This document shows, piece by piece, positions 13,130 to 28,398 of a DNA stretch of 64,000 bases. Numbering within the stretch: position 1 is the stretch's first letter; each line of letters opens with the position of its first letter. This stretch comes from Eledone cirrhosa. Lineage: Eukaryota. Below the pieces are notes generated by a model that worked only from the letters and a program-made list of their open reading frames with translations, did not search any database and was not told the DNA's origin. The DNA lies in the NCBI GenBank assembly GCA_964016885.1, contig OZ024745.1:60450001-60514000 (forward strand), written 5' to 3'. Position numbers and translations under genes: made by a program.

Positions 13130-14289
13130 GTCTATATGTTTCCAGTGCAAGCTACTACAATTTCTAATGGAAACCTACCCAATATAACCAGATCCTAAAG
13201 AAGAGACATTTGGCTATATTCTACCGTAAGAATTATGTTTGAATGACACTTCTGGCATATAATATTACTATAAATATGTTGTGTTGTCTACTCCGAAAAA
13301 TCTGGGTAGCCTTCAATCAAAACTGAAGTTTAAGCCTTTCATTCATACGCTCAATTTTTTTCTGTTAATATATTGAAGAATAGTCATATCTGAAACATTT
13401 TTTTGTAAAATCATACATTTAAACGAGAATACAAGTCAGATACGAGGGGTCTGATTGGAGTAACAAACACAATTTTTCTATACCGATCCGCCATTTTCTC
13501 TTCTAACAGTTTTCAGTCGATAAAAATATTCTCCTTATATTTTGCTATAAAGTTACTTTTTGTCTCCAAATCATAAAACAAATGTATTTTTGATGATATT
13601 TCTCTAGTAAATGGTCACATAAAGTTGTTTTTGCTTTGCTTTAATCTGTTTAATGACCAGAAATCTGGTCTGTACATATCACATACTCTAACATCACAGG
13701 GCTTCTTCGTTACGAGTTCTGTTCTAAGATGTCAGAATATTTTTCATGTTATAATTTGATAAATTGTTTCGAAATGTGTTTCCAATTTTAGAAAATAAGT
13801 TTTTCAATATTGTTTCTCTTCATATTTGCTCTGATGTTTCAAATCATAACATATTTACTATTAATTTAGATGTATCCGTGCTTTGCTAACGTGAAAGAAA
13901 GAAAGCTCCGTTTCACTCTATACCATTGAAATCACTGCATTTTCCAAATCATTTCCCTCAATCATACATTCAGTAAAATTATTTCAAACACTGTATCTCA
14001 CTCTGATAACTGATTTACTGGAATATAAACTTTTTTTAAAATATATTTACTTAACTAACTAAGGAATTTAACAAAGTTCTAGAAACATTGTTTATATCAT
14101 ATTTACAAACATATCTCATTCTATATATTTTGGTTCAATACCCATCTTCTCCGGATCCAACAATATCTCATGATACCTGTACACGTAGTCTATACAGTAC
14201 ATGTGTCCAACTACGGAAAGTTTTATTTCATATTAAAGCAAAGACAGGGTTTGTGATTTATTAATGTGACAGTTACATGAAGAAATGTT

Positions 14290-14340
<51 letters not shown>

Positions 14341-15164
14341 ATATATATATATACATAATTACATAAACGGAGAAAGCTAATAGCGATACTTCGAAGTGTA
14401 TGTCTATGTGTATACACTTTCACGTGTTCCAATCGATGGGCTGAGGCCCTTCTGGCGCACTACCAATGTTGCTACACCTATAGAATGTTGAGATGCTTCA
14501 GGAAAACATCAATGTTCTCTTCATATAAATCTCTCAGATTTTTGGACGCATATTGTTGAGCTGTAGGCCCTTGAACCCCAAACTATTGCAGTATCTGGTC
14601 CTTACTCTGGATGTGGAGGATAAGACATTTGGCAATACACAGTGACATCCTATTCAGGGTTGGTGCGGCTCTCAATACCAAAGTTTTCTACCAGCCTTTC
14701 CAGTGGGTGGCACAAATAAAAGCACTCAGTCCAAGCTGTAAAATGGAGGTGATGGAAGTGGCATTCAGCCATTAAAACCATGCCAAAGTTATGGGCTACA
14801 GAGCCCCCCTGAGTCAAGTGACACAACCTCTCTAGTGCTGGTGGCACAAAAAAAGCACCCAATCCATGCTGTAAAGTGGTGCTGGTGATAGGAAGGTTAT
14901 CCAAACAGTATAATATTAATGCCAAATTATGATGACCACAAAATACAGATATAACGCTAACTGCATAAACAGTAATAATACTAGTAGTATTATTAAACAG
15001 TAATAATACTGGTAGCACTAGTAGTGGGGTGGTTAGTGTGGCCATGTGCGAACACCCCCGACCGTTATCAAGCAATCACACAACAACAATAACAATAATG
15101 ATGATAATAATGATTTTACCTATTTTTCCTTGCAGACAAAAAGCAAAAACCAATGCAAGATGAC

Positions 15165-18080
15165 ACATCTCAGGGATGCCACACTTAATGTTGGCACTCT
15201 GAGAGGTATATCTGGTGAGATAGTGGAGATGTTAGAGAGGAGACATGTGGATGTGTGCTGCATGCAAGAGGTGAGATGGAGAGGTGCCTCAGCAAGACTA
15301 ATCACAAGCAAACAGCTTAGCTATAAGCTTTTCTGAGTAGGAACCTATGATGGCATAGGTGAGGTAGGCATTCTACTGGCATAGAAGTGGATTGCTAAAA
15401 TAATAGAGGTAGTTAGAGTAAGTAATTGAATCATCAAGATTAGATTAGTTGTAGGCAATAGGCTGCTGACAATCATCTCTACCTATGTTCCCCAAGCAGG
15501 CCTAAGTAAAGAAGAGAAGGGCTGCTTTTACAAACAACTTCTATAGACAACCATAGTGACAGAGGTCAGAGACCTAGTTATATTAGCAGGTGACTTCATT
15601 GGACACGCTGGACTGCTCCAGGATGAATACAAAAGGTACACGGTAGATATGGTTATGGCTTAAGAAACGAAGGAGTGAGGTTTCTTGAATTTTGTGATGC
15701 AAATGAGCTAACCCTTTATAACACTAACTTCAAGAAACCTGCCAGTCACCTAATAATCTACCAATCAAACGAGCACATAACCCAGATTAACTTCTTGCTA
15801 GATAGGCAACACGAGACAGACAGAGGGTTACAAAGACATTCCTTGGGGAAGAATGCACCCCTCAACATAGGATAGTCGTTAGTGACATCTCAATAAGCAA
15901 GAGACAGAATGAGACACACAGAAAGGTCTGGAAGCTAAAGGACCTTTCACTTAAATATAGGTTTAGGAAAGCCCTACGGGACGTTTATGATGAGAAAGAA
16001 GACGAATTAGAATTATATGATATAGAAGATAACTGCAAATTCTTACGCGTTAACCTACTACAGGCAACTGAAGAGACTTGTAGCTGGAACAAAGCTCCAG
16101 CCAGACAGAGGGTGACTAGGTGGTGGAACAGCACAGTAGATAGAGCCATTAAAGTCAAGAGACAAGCATGGAAGGATTGGAAAAATGGAGGGGAGTAGAG
16201 ACCAGTACTCAGCTGCTAAAATAGAGGCTAGACGTCAAGTGTACATAGTACACAGGGAAGCTGAGACTAGGAGGCTTGCCAATGTTTTGTGACATGAGGA
16301 TCAGAGGTATGAGGTGTTCCACATTGCAAGGCAGTGTGTCAGTGTAAATCAGGATGTGTTGATGTTCAGAAAAAAGAGGCCTGGAAATGTCACTTTGTGA
16401 GACTGATGAATGTTGAGAATGAATAGGAGAGTGAGAAACTACCCCCATTAAACCCAACAGAAGGACCAGCTATTGAGGTTAACAACTATAGGATCAAAGA
16501 AGCAATCTAAGAAATGAAAAATGGATAGTTGCTGAGATGTCAAAAGTGTCAGATGTAGGAACTAAACTAGTTACATACATAGTCAAACAAGCTATATATG
16601 GCAGAGTCATACCCAAAATCTGATGCAGCAATATACTTGTTAATTGTTACAAAGGTAAAGGGGATGCTCTGAAGAAGAGCAATTATAGGGGCATAAAACT
16701 GATGGATCAGGTTATGACAGAGTGCTAGCCCAATTAATTAGAGAAAGAGTCAAGTTACATGAGATGCAGTTTGGTTTTGTGTCAGGGAAAAGTACAACAG
16801 ATACCCTCTTTTTAATGAGACAACTACAAGAGAGGTTCTTAGCTATATTTAGCTTTTGTTGACCTAGATAAGGCCCTTGATAGAGTACCTTGATCTGTCA
16901 TCTGGTGGTCCCTAAGGAAATTAGGTGTAGAGGAATGGCTTGTGAGGACAGTGCAAGCTATGTACAAAGGAGCTGTCAATAAAGTGAGGGTAGGAATGGA
17001 ATTTAGTGAGGAATTCCAAATACAAGTAGGAGTTCATCAGGTTCGGTCATCAGCCCACTTCTGTTCATTATAGTTCTCCAAACCATAACAGAGGAGTTTA
17101 AGACTGGCTGCGCATGGGAACATCTGGTACTTATAGTAGAATCAGTAGAGGAGCTAGAAAATAAATTCTGGCTGTGGAAACAGCAGTTAGAACCAAAAGG
17201 ACTGAGAGTAAGCCTTGCAAAAACTAAAGTATTGATAAGTAGAAAAAATGACAAGACTCTGATTCCATCAGAGAAATGGTCATGCTTGATATGCAGAAAA
17301 GGAGTTGGCATAAACTCTATACAATGTATGCAATGCAAATTTTGGGTACTCAAGAGATCTAGTGGGGTAGCAGGCAAACTAACAGGAAAGAAAAACTTTG
17401 TATGTAGAAGATGTTCAGGGAAAATTCATAGAAAAAGTGTCAGTGATAGGCTGTTTTCAAATGCAAGTAGAATCTATAGAGGTAGTTGATAGCTTCCGAT
17501 ATCTAGGTGATCAAATTAGCAAGGTAGAAGGATGCTCCAAGGCCATAGTATTAAGAATAAGGACAGGATGGAAGAAGTTTAAAGAGCTGCTTCCTCTGTT
17601 GACAACAAAGGGTTTTTCCCTATGAACGAAATGCTGACTGTATGATGCCTGTGTGCAATGTGTGATGCTGCATGGTAGTGAGACATGGACTGCAACTGTG
17701 GAGGATATGCGACAGCTGGAGAGAAATGAAGCAAGCATGTTTTGATGGATGTGCAATGTCAATGTGCATGAATGACCAAGCATGGACGAGTTGACAGAGA
17801 AACTGTGTATAAGAGGAATAAGCTGTAATGTGCAGGAGAGAAGACTGCATTGGTATGGATGCGCATGGATGATGACCGATGGGTGAAGAAGTGGCAAGTA
17901 GTCCCAGTGGAAGGAAGACCACGGAAAATATGGGTGGAGGGGGTGAGAGCTGACCTCAGATCGCTGAAGCTCAGAGGAGATGACAAAGGACCGTGACGAG
18001 TGGAGAAATGCTGTGCTGAAGAGGACCCATTCCACCCTTGCAAGCAGGGAAAAGCAGACATAAAGTGATGATGAAGATGA
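15165..18080 (+). mobile_element. Near full-length degraded RTE LINE (APE + RT + PHD-like finger)
   Basis: TLNVGTL, DVCCMQEVRW, YKGKGDAL..NYRGIKL, QFGF, CLICRKGVGINSIQC; (tga)n-like tail. Confidence 0.9.
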
Positions 18081-18899
18081 TGTGTGTGTATTTATATGTT
18101 TGCATATAAATATACATATATATATATATATCACTGCATATCTCTCTAGAGAAGAAAGTCTTAATTATTTCAGCTTCTCCCAGTAGCTCATCCCTTTCAT
18201 TGAGACAATCTTCTTGGTCTAGCTGCGTTGGATTTCTTCAAGTTCTGTAGATAATTTTACACTGTACGGTGACCATAGCTGAGAGCAATTGTCCAGTGGC
18301 TGAAGACAAATAGCTTCCACAGGACCAACATAATCTTCCAGTCTCATTTGGAATCATCTCAGAATTGATCTGGCCAGTCATCTGCACATTTCTTAATGAT
18401 ATGCACATGAAATGATACATTATTGCTTATATCAATTCCTAGGTCATGCACTGTTTTACCTCTGATGACAACAAAGGGCTTCTCATTCAGAGTGAAGGGT
18501 GGACTACATGTGAACCACAATGTTACATGGCAGTAAGACATGGGCCTTGACTGCTGAAGATCTGTAGAGATAAGAATGAAGAGAGTACGCTCCAGTGAAA
18601 GTGTAATATTAGTGTGTATGTATGGCATAACATAAGCAAGTTGAGAGAAAGATTCTGTATAAGATACATCCAATGCAGTGTGCTAGAGAAAAGACTAAGA
18701 CAATATGGACATGTGACTTATATGGAAGATGACATCTGTATAAAGAAATGCATGAGTCCCATTCACTGAGATCAGTGAATGGGACTCATGGAAGTGGTAA
18801 ACTTAGGAAGACATGGTATGTAAGGTGGTAATGTTGGTGACACAAAAAACATCCCCCAGTTCACCATGTAAGGTAGTCATACTGGTGTCACAATAAAAA

Positions 18900-19410
18900 G
18901 CCTAAAATATACTGTCATGCCACCAGTGCTGGCTGGCTGGTTCCCTCGACATGCCACTCTCAACAACATATTGAGAAGGAGCCTGGATGCAGCTGGCTTC
19001 CCATCACAACTGGAATCTACAGGCCTCAACCATGGAGACGGCAAGTGCCCCAACGGGATTACCCTCTTCTCATCTGAAGGAGATAAATCTCTCATTTGAG
19101 ACACCACATGTTGTAACATGTTCTCCGCCTCCAACTTAGTCACTCTGGCACAAACCCCAGTACCGTGGCCCATATTGCAGAGAACAGGAAGACAAGCAAA
19201 CACTTGGGCTTGTCCAGCCTCTTCCTCTTTGCTCTGGGTGCCATCAAGAACTCAGGCATTCTCAATCCCCATACAACCAAGCTCCTCTGTAAAATCAGAA
19301 CATCAGTAACCCATCTGAGGAAGGAGCCTCGCAAGATGTGGTGGCTGTTGCAGCAGGTGTTGCTGACCATTGTTCACAGAAATGTTTTTGCAGTTTTGTC
19401 ATCTAATACC
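18900..19410 (+). mobile_element. CRE-like RLE domain fragment
   Basis: RHATLNNILRRSL...GDGKCPNGIT...QQVLLTIVHRN. Confidence 0.65.
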
Positions 19411-20696
19411 CCTTGCTCTTTCCCTCCTTTTCTTCTCATTTATGGCATTTATAGTTCTTTCCTTTACTTTCCTATACACCCAGACCTGCCCTTCTTTACC
19501 CCACTCCCTTTTTTTTTTTTCATTATTTAAAACTGTATTTTATTAAATTTGATTTTAAAGGATAAAAAAAAAAATAGAGAAAACAAATTTCCCATATATG
19601 CTGTAAAGTGGGTGGAATTAAGAAGTGCCTCCAGCCTTAGAAGACCATGCCAAAAATGGAATGTATGAGAATGATGTAGTCACCTGACCTGTCTAGCCTC
19701 ATATGTCAGCTCATCTAAGGCATGGAAAATATGTTAAACAGTGGTGGTGATGATGATGTATGTAAAGATATTCAGTTCTTCAATGAAGGTTGTTTTGTGT
19801 TAAAACTGAGGTTAGCATGTGATCAGAGCTTAGCTTATAGTGATTTCAAAATTCCTATATTCTCATCAGGCCCAATATAGTCAAGTGATTTGGTAAAGTT
19901 GAAATCTAACAGTCTAGTTACTTATCTCATGTTTTCATTCAACTTGGTTTTGACTCTAACTGATTCCTACAACAAAACAAATTTTGTTTAGTATTAGATA
20001 TCTTATGGTCTTGTAACTCCTGTTGAAATTGTAAAGGTAATGCAGCATGTCTTGGACACTTTTTAAACCTGACAGAGCCCATCTGCTCTCCAAATTTGAA
20101 CATAGCAGATTTATTTCAGAGAAGGTGAAAAAGTGATAGTGAGAGAGTGAGAAAGAGATCTAGAAGTAGAATCAACCTTGTGACTAGACAGGTACTTGTT
20201 TTAATCAACCTCAAAAGGTTGAAAGGCAAAGTTTACCTTTGCAAGGTTTGAACACTAAATGCAGAGACCCAGAATAAATACCACAAAGTAGTCTATCCAA
20301 CATTCTAACAACTCTGCCAATTCAGCTATTATTAAATATTATAAACATTAATTTGAGACTATAAAGACACTGTCAAAACTCAAAACATATATCTATCACT
20401 TGCTAAGCTACAAATGTCTGCTTCAAGTCATCTTAGTGATTTGGTTTCTCATTTCCATTGCTAATTCATGTTTATAGTTTCTAATACGATTTACATTAAA
20501 AAATGGTAGCAGTTGACTTATAGATATGTTTAGATACACATAATTAGGTTATCATCATCATCATCATTTTACATCTGTACTCCATGCTGACATGATTTAG
20601 CTTTTTCAGAATTCCAATGATACTGGTTTAATAATAAGAGAAATTATTCTTCTAAGTATTTCTTACTTTAATGTATCTTTAGCATTCAAATTACCT

Positions 20697-21110
20697 TAAA
20701 CAAATACCGGGGATTGTCCGGCTGCTTCCTGTTCGCACCAGTCGCCGTTGAGACCTCAGGCATACTTGGACCCTATAGAGTTGAGCTCCTCCACAAGATT
20801 GGAATGTCAGCGGCCCATCTGAGGAAGGAACCCCGTGAGGTGGGGTGGCCTTTACAGCAGGTGTCGTTGGCCATTGTCCGCAGGAGTTCTTTTGTGGTAT
20901 TGTCTGCGGGACGCAGCCACTTTACTGCCTTCCCTAGGCCCAGAGCCCAATCCCCCCCCACCCTTCTGTGACACTAGCGTCCTCCCTTTTCCTTTTTTTT
21001 TTCTTTTTTTTTATATCTCCTATTTTACATTCCATTCTTTCTTCTCAATCTATTTTCTTTCTCTATTAAACTGTATTTACATGATATATTCCATAAATAA
21101 ATTATTATTT
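20697..21110 (+). mobile_element. CRE-like 3' fragment
   Basis: FAPVAVETSGILGP...LQQVSLAIVRR followed by a T-rich tail. Confidence 0.65.
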
Positions 21111-21129
21111 CCTTTTACACATTGTTATT

Positions 21130-21306
21130 AGTTATTGGCAGTATCGGTAGAGAGTCGGACGCCATGCTTTCCAGCATAGTTACGTCCCTTTACGGTCTGA
21201 GTTCAAATCCCGCCGAGGTTCACTTTGCCTTTCATCCTTACGACGTCGATAGAATAGAGTACCAGTAATGTACTGGGTAATTGCTGACCTTGTAGAAACA
21301 GTTATT
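21130..21306 (+). mobile_element. tRNA-derived cephalopod (Ceph-domain-like) SINE
   Basis: B-box gttcaaatcc followed by gccgaggtt..ctttgcctttcatcc..gtcgata..gtaccagt. Confidence 0.75.
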
Positions 21307-21459
21307 AGTTTCACACACCATATTTTTACAAATTTTTATTTCCAGTTCCCCACATATCCATAATATTATGACAAAAGTTCTATTATAATTAGAATTTTGA
21401 GTCATCAAAAAAACGGTAAATATTTAGAATAGTCTAAAACATCCTCCAGTGAAGTCAAT

Positions 21460-24010
21460 ATCATTATCATCCTATGTTTATTTTTGTATGGGTTAGACAA
21501 ATCCTTTCCAGTACAGCATTACTCCACCTGTCTTTTTCCTTTGTCACCTCTATTGTGAGACTCATCATTCTGAGAACAGCTTTCATTATCTCTGCTCAAG
21601 TATTCCTCTTCCACAGCTTCTTTCCTCTTGCTACTCCTGACACTTCTTCACCTGTCATCATCCATGTGCTTCTACAAGCACAATCTTCTCTCTTGCACAC
21701 TACATACTTCTTAAACCCTTTTTTTTTTCTCAACTTATTTGTGCCATATTGTTCATGCACACTAACATTACACATCTAATATTTGATTCATTTCTTTCTA
21801 GCCTGCATACTATTGCACTACATACACAGGTACTATACAATGCCCATGTCTGACTACCATGTGACATTGCACTACATACCGAGCTATCATACAATCTACC
21901 CTTTGTTTTCAAAGAAATCATTTATTGCCGACAGAGATGGTAGCTCTTTAAACTTTTTCCCACTCTGTTCTTCTTTTGGTTACAATTCTTTCATTGTGCC
22001 CTTCTCCACAGCTAATTAGACCAACTGAGAAGCAGAAGCTTTAATACTTCTAAGGAGCCTTCATTGGATTGGAAAGCGTTTATTTCATTGGTTCTCTTAC
22101 AGCTAGCTGCTTTGAAAACTACTCAGCCCTTACGTACCCATATTTTATGTTGAGTACCTAGTGTGGAATTCCTACCTAATCCTTTTTGTTATATAAAGCA
22201 CAACCATTTCCCTAATGGCAACAGAGTTTTGTCTTCTTTCCTACTAAAACTTTAGTCTTTGCTCAGTTTACTCTAAGTTTTTTTCATTCTAGATTTTGTT
22301 TCCATATCTGAAATTTCTTCTCTAGATATTCCAGATTCAGCTATAAGAATAGGAGTTCCCATGGACAACCTTTTTAAAATCTCTCTGAAATAGTGAGGAG
22401 AACTATAATAAACAGGAATAGGCTGAGGACCAAGCCTTGATGACCCACTACTTGCCAACTTTCACTTTATCGACAGCATCTTTGTATATGGCTTGCATTT
22501 CTCTCACAAACAATCCATTTGTATCCAGTGTTCCTGAAGCCCATCAGACTAATACTTTAGTTTTTTGCCATGTTTACTCTGAGTCCTTTTGATTCTAATA
22601 GTGGATTTGGTGGTGGAATAATACTAAAAGAGACATAAAATCTAAGTGACAGGCCTGAAAAAATTGGAAGAATAGGAGCAACAAAACAATATCTAGTAGG
22701 TACAATGCAAACTAGACATCAGGTTTGCAGAGCTTTCAGCTTCATTTCAAGCAAGAGGCTTGCCAATGTTCTGCAACAAAAGGATCAGAGACATGGAGTG
22801 TTTCGATTGCAAAGCAGTGTCTCAGTGTGAATCTAGACATAGTTGGAGAAAAGTGTCTGAAGTGACAACGGTGCACTTAATCTCATTGATGCTCAGATGA
22901 AAGAAACCTGGAAATATCATGAGAGGTTGAGGAATATGAAAAAGTGGGACTGCTTCCAGTAGACCCAATAGATGGATTAGCTATTAACAGGGACATTTAA
23001 TTAGTCCAAGAGGTCATTAAGGATATGGAGGGAAAAGTCACCAGACCACCAGAGATAGTTGCTGAATGCTGAAAATATTTGATGAAATAGGGTTTGAGCT
23101 AGTCACTCGCAGAATCAACCAGGTAATACATGATGGCATTACACCCAATGACTGGTGTAGCAGTATAATAAGGTGATGCTCTGGAAAGGAATAACTACAG
23201 GTGCATCAAACTGGTGTACCAAGTTATGGAGTTTTACTGTGACAACTGCAAGAGAAGTTCCTAGTTAAGTATAAGCCAATATATTTTTCATTTATTGATT
23301 TGGAGAAGGCCTTTAACAGTGTATCTGCTATTTAGTCTGATTAGTAGTGACATGAAAGTAAGATCTAGAAGAACTCTAAGACACAAGACAAGCTGCTGAA
23401 GGAGGGTGTGGAAACTATAAAACCCATCTGTTAAATATGTTCAGAAATGTGCTTTGATGTGTATGGCAAGGAGGAGGAGATAGATATGTATGATATATAA
23501 GACAACTTAAAGTTTCTTTGAAACAACCTGTTGCAATTTACTGAGATTTGTAGCTGGAGCAAGGTACTAACTTTACAAAAGACTTAGCATTCACAGCTAT
23601 CTATCTATCCTATTTTCTGATGAGCATGAAATAATTCTGGATTTATGTTTGCTTGATTAGTTGGTGATCAAGTGGCTAGTTGGTTTCCTGAAATTAGTTT
23701 TGGAAATGGCTAGGTCATTTACATGATAGAATCTTAGAAACCTTGATTTCTCTTCATTCCTCAAGCTTGCAATCTAGTCACCATATACTCCAGAGTAGCC
23801 ATCCTGGTGCTACCCAATATGTCCATTAAAGTCACTGGCCATAATAATGAAGTCATTAACACTAGTTATTGAGGTGGTCTGCAAGTGATCCTCATAGAAA
23901 TGATATTTCTGCCCATAAGCCAGTCTTATAAGAAGAGGAATCCATACATGATAATACAGAATTGTTTTCCATTTTATCTCAATCACCAATGCTGTAATTA
24001 GAATTAATAT
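21460..24010. mobile_element. Rearranged old RTE fragments in both orientations
   Basis: KGRLYDS..HGSQTW (minus), NYRCIKL and FIDLEKAF (plus), ASDFNGHIG (minus). Confidence 0.65.
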
Positions 24011-24057
24011 ATACATTCAATAATGATAATAATAATTGTTTCGACTTTAATAATAAT

Positions 24058-24166
24058 AATAATTGTTTCTACTTTTGGCACAAGGCCAACAATTACCCAG
24101 TGTATTACTGGTACTTTATTTTATCGACTCCGTAAGGATGAAAGGCAAAGTTAACCTCGGCGGGAT
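24058..24166 (-). mobile_element. Ceph-type SINE 3' part
   Basis: Reverse complement of the 21.2-kb SINE core. Confidence 0.7.
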
Positions 24167-24201
<35 letters not shown>

Positions 24202-25989
24202 CATTCTCCTCCTCCTCTCAAAATTGAGAGATCACAGTGGTTATAATGTCTTAGGAAAGAATTGCTGGACAGACTTTACAGGCAAAACCAACCAGTAGGA
24301 GACCCAGAGCAAGAGAGCAAGATGGTTGGATAACATCCATGAGCTTGGCTGGTCACACTTGGGGCAGTTGCTTCTGACAGGATCCGCTGGGAGGAGTGTT
24401 TGAGGACTGCCTCCATGACCCTCTCAAGAATAAAGAAGAAGAAATCTGCTGTGTTCAGACCTGGGGAGAGATGGGCTCTGCCAGGCTTAAAAAATGCCCA
24501 AGAAACAACTCCATCAGAAGTTACAGGACTATACGATACCATACCAAAATTATGAACCGTGTTAGATTAATTAATTTTAATTATGAATACGAATAAAAGC
24601 AGCAGCACTGAGGAATAAGACTGAATAAGGCCGTATCTGAAAAGATGGATCAGGCTGTGCTTCGTCTTCACATATTGGTTACATTTTGAAAAATGCATCT
24701 AATGTAACATGTGTATTCTTGAGTCTCCCACAGTGATTCGTGGCAGCAGGATATTATGGCTTTAAAATAAAGCTCTCATTGTTTTGCTACTTCTTTTTCA
24801 ATCATGATAATTTTCAATAAACTGGTTCATGATTTCCTTAGTCTTGGTGATGCAGCAACTGACGAATTTAGTAGTAATAGTTCTCTATGGTATCACTTGT
24901 TCTACAGTAGTGTTTTCAAGCTTTTTTGTGATGCATTGTTGAGCTACTTGATGCAGTTCTTAAACAGAAAATATTCTATCATAAGGCTCTATAACACCCC
25001 AAATTCTTCCACATTGTCAATGATTCTCAACAAAGCTTCTTCAAAACTCTTCTCAGGTAGTTCTCAGTTAATGTATCTCATACTCTTATGACATTATCTA
25101 TAGTCTTCAATATATATGTAACTAAGATGAACCAACAGAACTTATAGTTTTTGACTGTTTTCAACTCATGATCGATAAACAAATCTGTGAACAATTCACA
25201 TATATGTGTGAGTATACATAAGTATGGATCATAACTTTCTTACATATTAGCAAACAATTATTATAATGAAATAGCGTTATCCGACTTAAACGTTTGTTTT
25301 AAAAAAGAGCTACAGTGAACCTAAGCTAACCAGTGTATTACTGTAAATATACAAGCATTGTTGAAAGTGGTAAAGCTTTTAGCGACAGGTCATGATATAA
25401 TTCTCATTTCAAGTTGCGAAAAGCATGAACGTCACAGCGTCATATTTCCCATTCTTTTTCGTTCCAAATCAAAAGAAATCAATACTTGTAACTATTAATT
25501 ACTGTTCATTTAAACCTACAAATAGTTATAGCGAATAAATCGAATATTTTTATCTATCGTGTTAAATTTTCTTTAAAATATTATTCTAGCCTAAACATTA
25601 GTCCTCTGTTACTTCATATTCTTGTATCAAATTACATATACTGCAATAAACACTGCATTTAACAGTAAATTTACGTGTATGATTTGTACATATGCCTTCT
25701 GGAAATATAGCGACTATCAACAGTACAGAAGTCACCGGGAGTTATCTCCTCTTTGTCTGTAGAATTTTTTTTTAACGTATAAACAATTTTTTTTTATAGA
25801 AATATATTTTTTATTATTCATAATAAAATAACATTACAAATTATTTATAATTCTTACAAAATAAAAATATAAACACATATAATAAATAATTAGTGCTAGG
25901 AACCTTAGTAGCATAATAACCCCCCCCCCCACCTTAAAAAAAAAACACTCCTCAATTCACCACCATGTGCGACAGTCGGCAATGCACCA

Positions 25990-26240
25990 CATAATAAGGG
26001 TCAACAGAAATTTTTGAGACAAGCCGGCACGCTCATAGTATTACCGCGTGTGATGGCGAGGCTGAGGTGATGAAACAGCCAGGTACGCCCACGGGCATCA
26101 CCTAACACCTCAGTAAGGTGAGTTTCAAGCTTCGGATGAAAGAAAGAAAAAGATTTCGACGTATCTGATATTAGTCCTTCATCTGGAGTGCAAAAGTTCA
26201 GAGATGAGAAGATATAAAAAGGGTACATATGAGTGTATAT
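25990..26240 (-). mobile_element. CRE-like 3' end fused to a pLTR-like segment; inverted copy at 36036-36235
   Basis: WLFHHLSLAITRGN; ~200 bp nearly identical to 36036-36235 in the opposite orientation. Confidence 0.65.
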
Positions 26241-26265
26241 ATATATATATATATGTGTGTGGGGG

Positions 26266-26335
<70 letters not shown>

Positions 26336-26489
26336 AAATAACAGAGAAAACACAGGTAAGCATTAAAAAAAGGATTTTATCCAGGTATTTACGACCGTTT
26401 CATTGGTAAGTGCAACCTTATATTGCTATACTGCAAATAGCAGCCACTCAATAATAATTGTTGTTCACCTCCAAATTTTCAAAATTTGT

Positions 26490-28398
26490 ATCATCATCAT
26501 CATCATCATCTTCGTTTAACGTCCACTTTCCACGCTAGCATGGGTTAGACGGGAGTTGTCCCACTTGAGGCAAGGTTGGTCGGGTGACCGTGTCTCGCTC
26601 ATATGGGACTATCTGGCAGGTTTTCTACGGCTGGATGCCCTTCCTAACACCAACCATATTTACAGTGTGGAACTGAGAACTTTTTACCGTGTTACCTACA
26701 CGGCCACATTACAGCGTGGACTGTGTGTTTTTTTTCTCGTAACACCTACACGATCTCGATCTCATTTATCTCATTTATTTGGACTGGATGTTGTGGTACC
26801 AACTTTATAGAGAGGGGGTGGTGTTGGTGGGCGTGGGAGGATAGGGTAGGTATAGTGGATTGGGGTGTATATTTGGTTAAGAGGTGCCTACTGACTGTAG
26901 GTTTCACTTTGTACATAGGCGAGGCGGGTCTTCTGTATTACTGCGTAGCGTCAAAGATCTCAGTCCAGTGACAATGTCTTAGAGAGCTGCAAGTGTGTAA
27001 GGTCGGAATTTATCAGATCGTCCCAGGTTTTTCTGGGTCTACCTACTCCGTAACTACCATCAATTTTGATCGGCCTGCACTTTTTTATACAGCTGCCATC
27101 TTTCATGCGCATCACGTGGCCATACCGACGTAGTCTTCTCTCGAGTAAACATCATCTGATCCCTCTTATTCCTAATTTCTCACTTAGTTCATTTATGCTT
27201 TGCCATTCACGTATATTACTATTACACATCCAACGGAGCATGCATGCTTCATTCCTTTCCAGTCTGCACAGGTCCACTGCACGTAATGCCCATGTCTCAC
27301 TGCCATGTAACATTGCCGTTCGTATACAAGCATCATACAATCTGCCTTTCATTTTTAGAGAGAAACCTTTTGTGGCCAATAGCGGTATAAGCTCTCTGAA
27401 CTTATCGGCCACATATAAAGTCTACGTTCTTAGATAGTTTACCTGTGATCCCACTACATCTTTTATGTACCCATACTTTACATTTGGGACATAAAATTGA
27501 ATTTCTGCCTACTTCTTTCCTACACATTGAGCAAGGCCATTTCCCTGAGGGTACCTGTGCCTTATATTCCTTTCTACAAACTAGGACTTTAGTCTTAGAC
27601 AAGTTAACTTTAAGGCCTTTTGATTCTAGGCCGTGCTTCCATGCTTGGAATTTCTTTTCTAGTTCAGCCATTGATTCAGCTATGAGCGTTAGATCATCTG
27701 CGTATAGGAGTTCCCATGGGCAGCCGGTCTTGAACTCTTCTGTTATAGCCTGAAGGGCAATAATAAATAAGAGGGGAGCTAAAGACAGAGCCTTGATGAA
27801 CGCTAACTTTTACACTACATTCTTCACAATATTCATTATTAATTCTAACCTTACTGACTGTTTCATTATACATAGCTTGTATAGCTCTCACAAGCCATTC
27901 ATCTACACCTAGTTTTCTAAGAGCCCACCAGATAATGGAGCTGGGGACTCTGTCAAAAGCTTTCTCCAGGTCCACAAAAGCTAAGTAGAGGGGTTTACTT
28001 TTAGCTAGGTACTTCTCTTGTAGTTGTCGTACAAAGAAAAGAGCGTCTGTGGTTCTTTTACCTGACACAAACCCAAACTGCATTTCATCTAGATCAATTT
28101 GCTCTCTGATTAGTTGCGCTATAACTCTTTCTGTGACCTTCATGACCGGGTCAACTAACTTAATGCCTCTATAGTTTCCCCTATCTAGAGCATCCCCTTT
28201 ACCCTTGTAGCAGTTAATGGTGATGCTGCTACGCCAGTCTTTCGGTATTACCCCATTCTGTATTAGTTGGTTAACTATACGGGTGACCATAGTGTGTCCC
28301 ACCATACCAGATGCCTTCAACATCTCAGCAACTATCTCCGTAGTCCCAGCTGCCTTGCCTGTCTTCATATCTTTGATTGCCTTACTTATTATACTACC
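26490..28398 (-). mobile_element. 5'-truncated RTE LINE
   Basis: RT ORF pieces (YKGKGDALDRGNYRGIKL, FVDLEKAFD, PHD-like finger), 3' UTR and (tga)n tail. Confidence 0.92.

Noticed and set aside
26385-26455. Minus-strand GAAACGGUCGUA with an upstream hairpin
   Set aside because: CUGANGA core not recognisable; at best a decayed HHR
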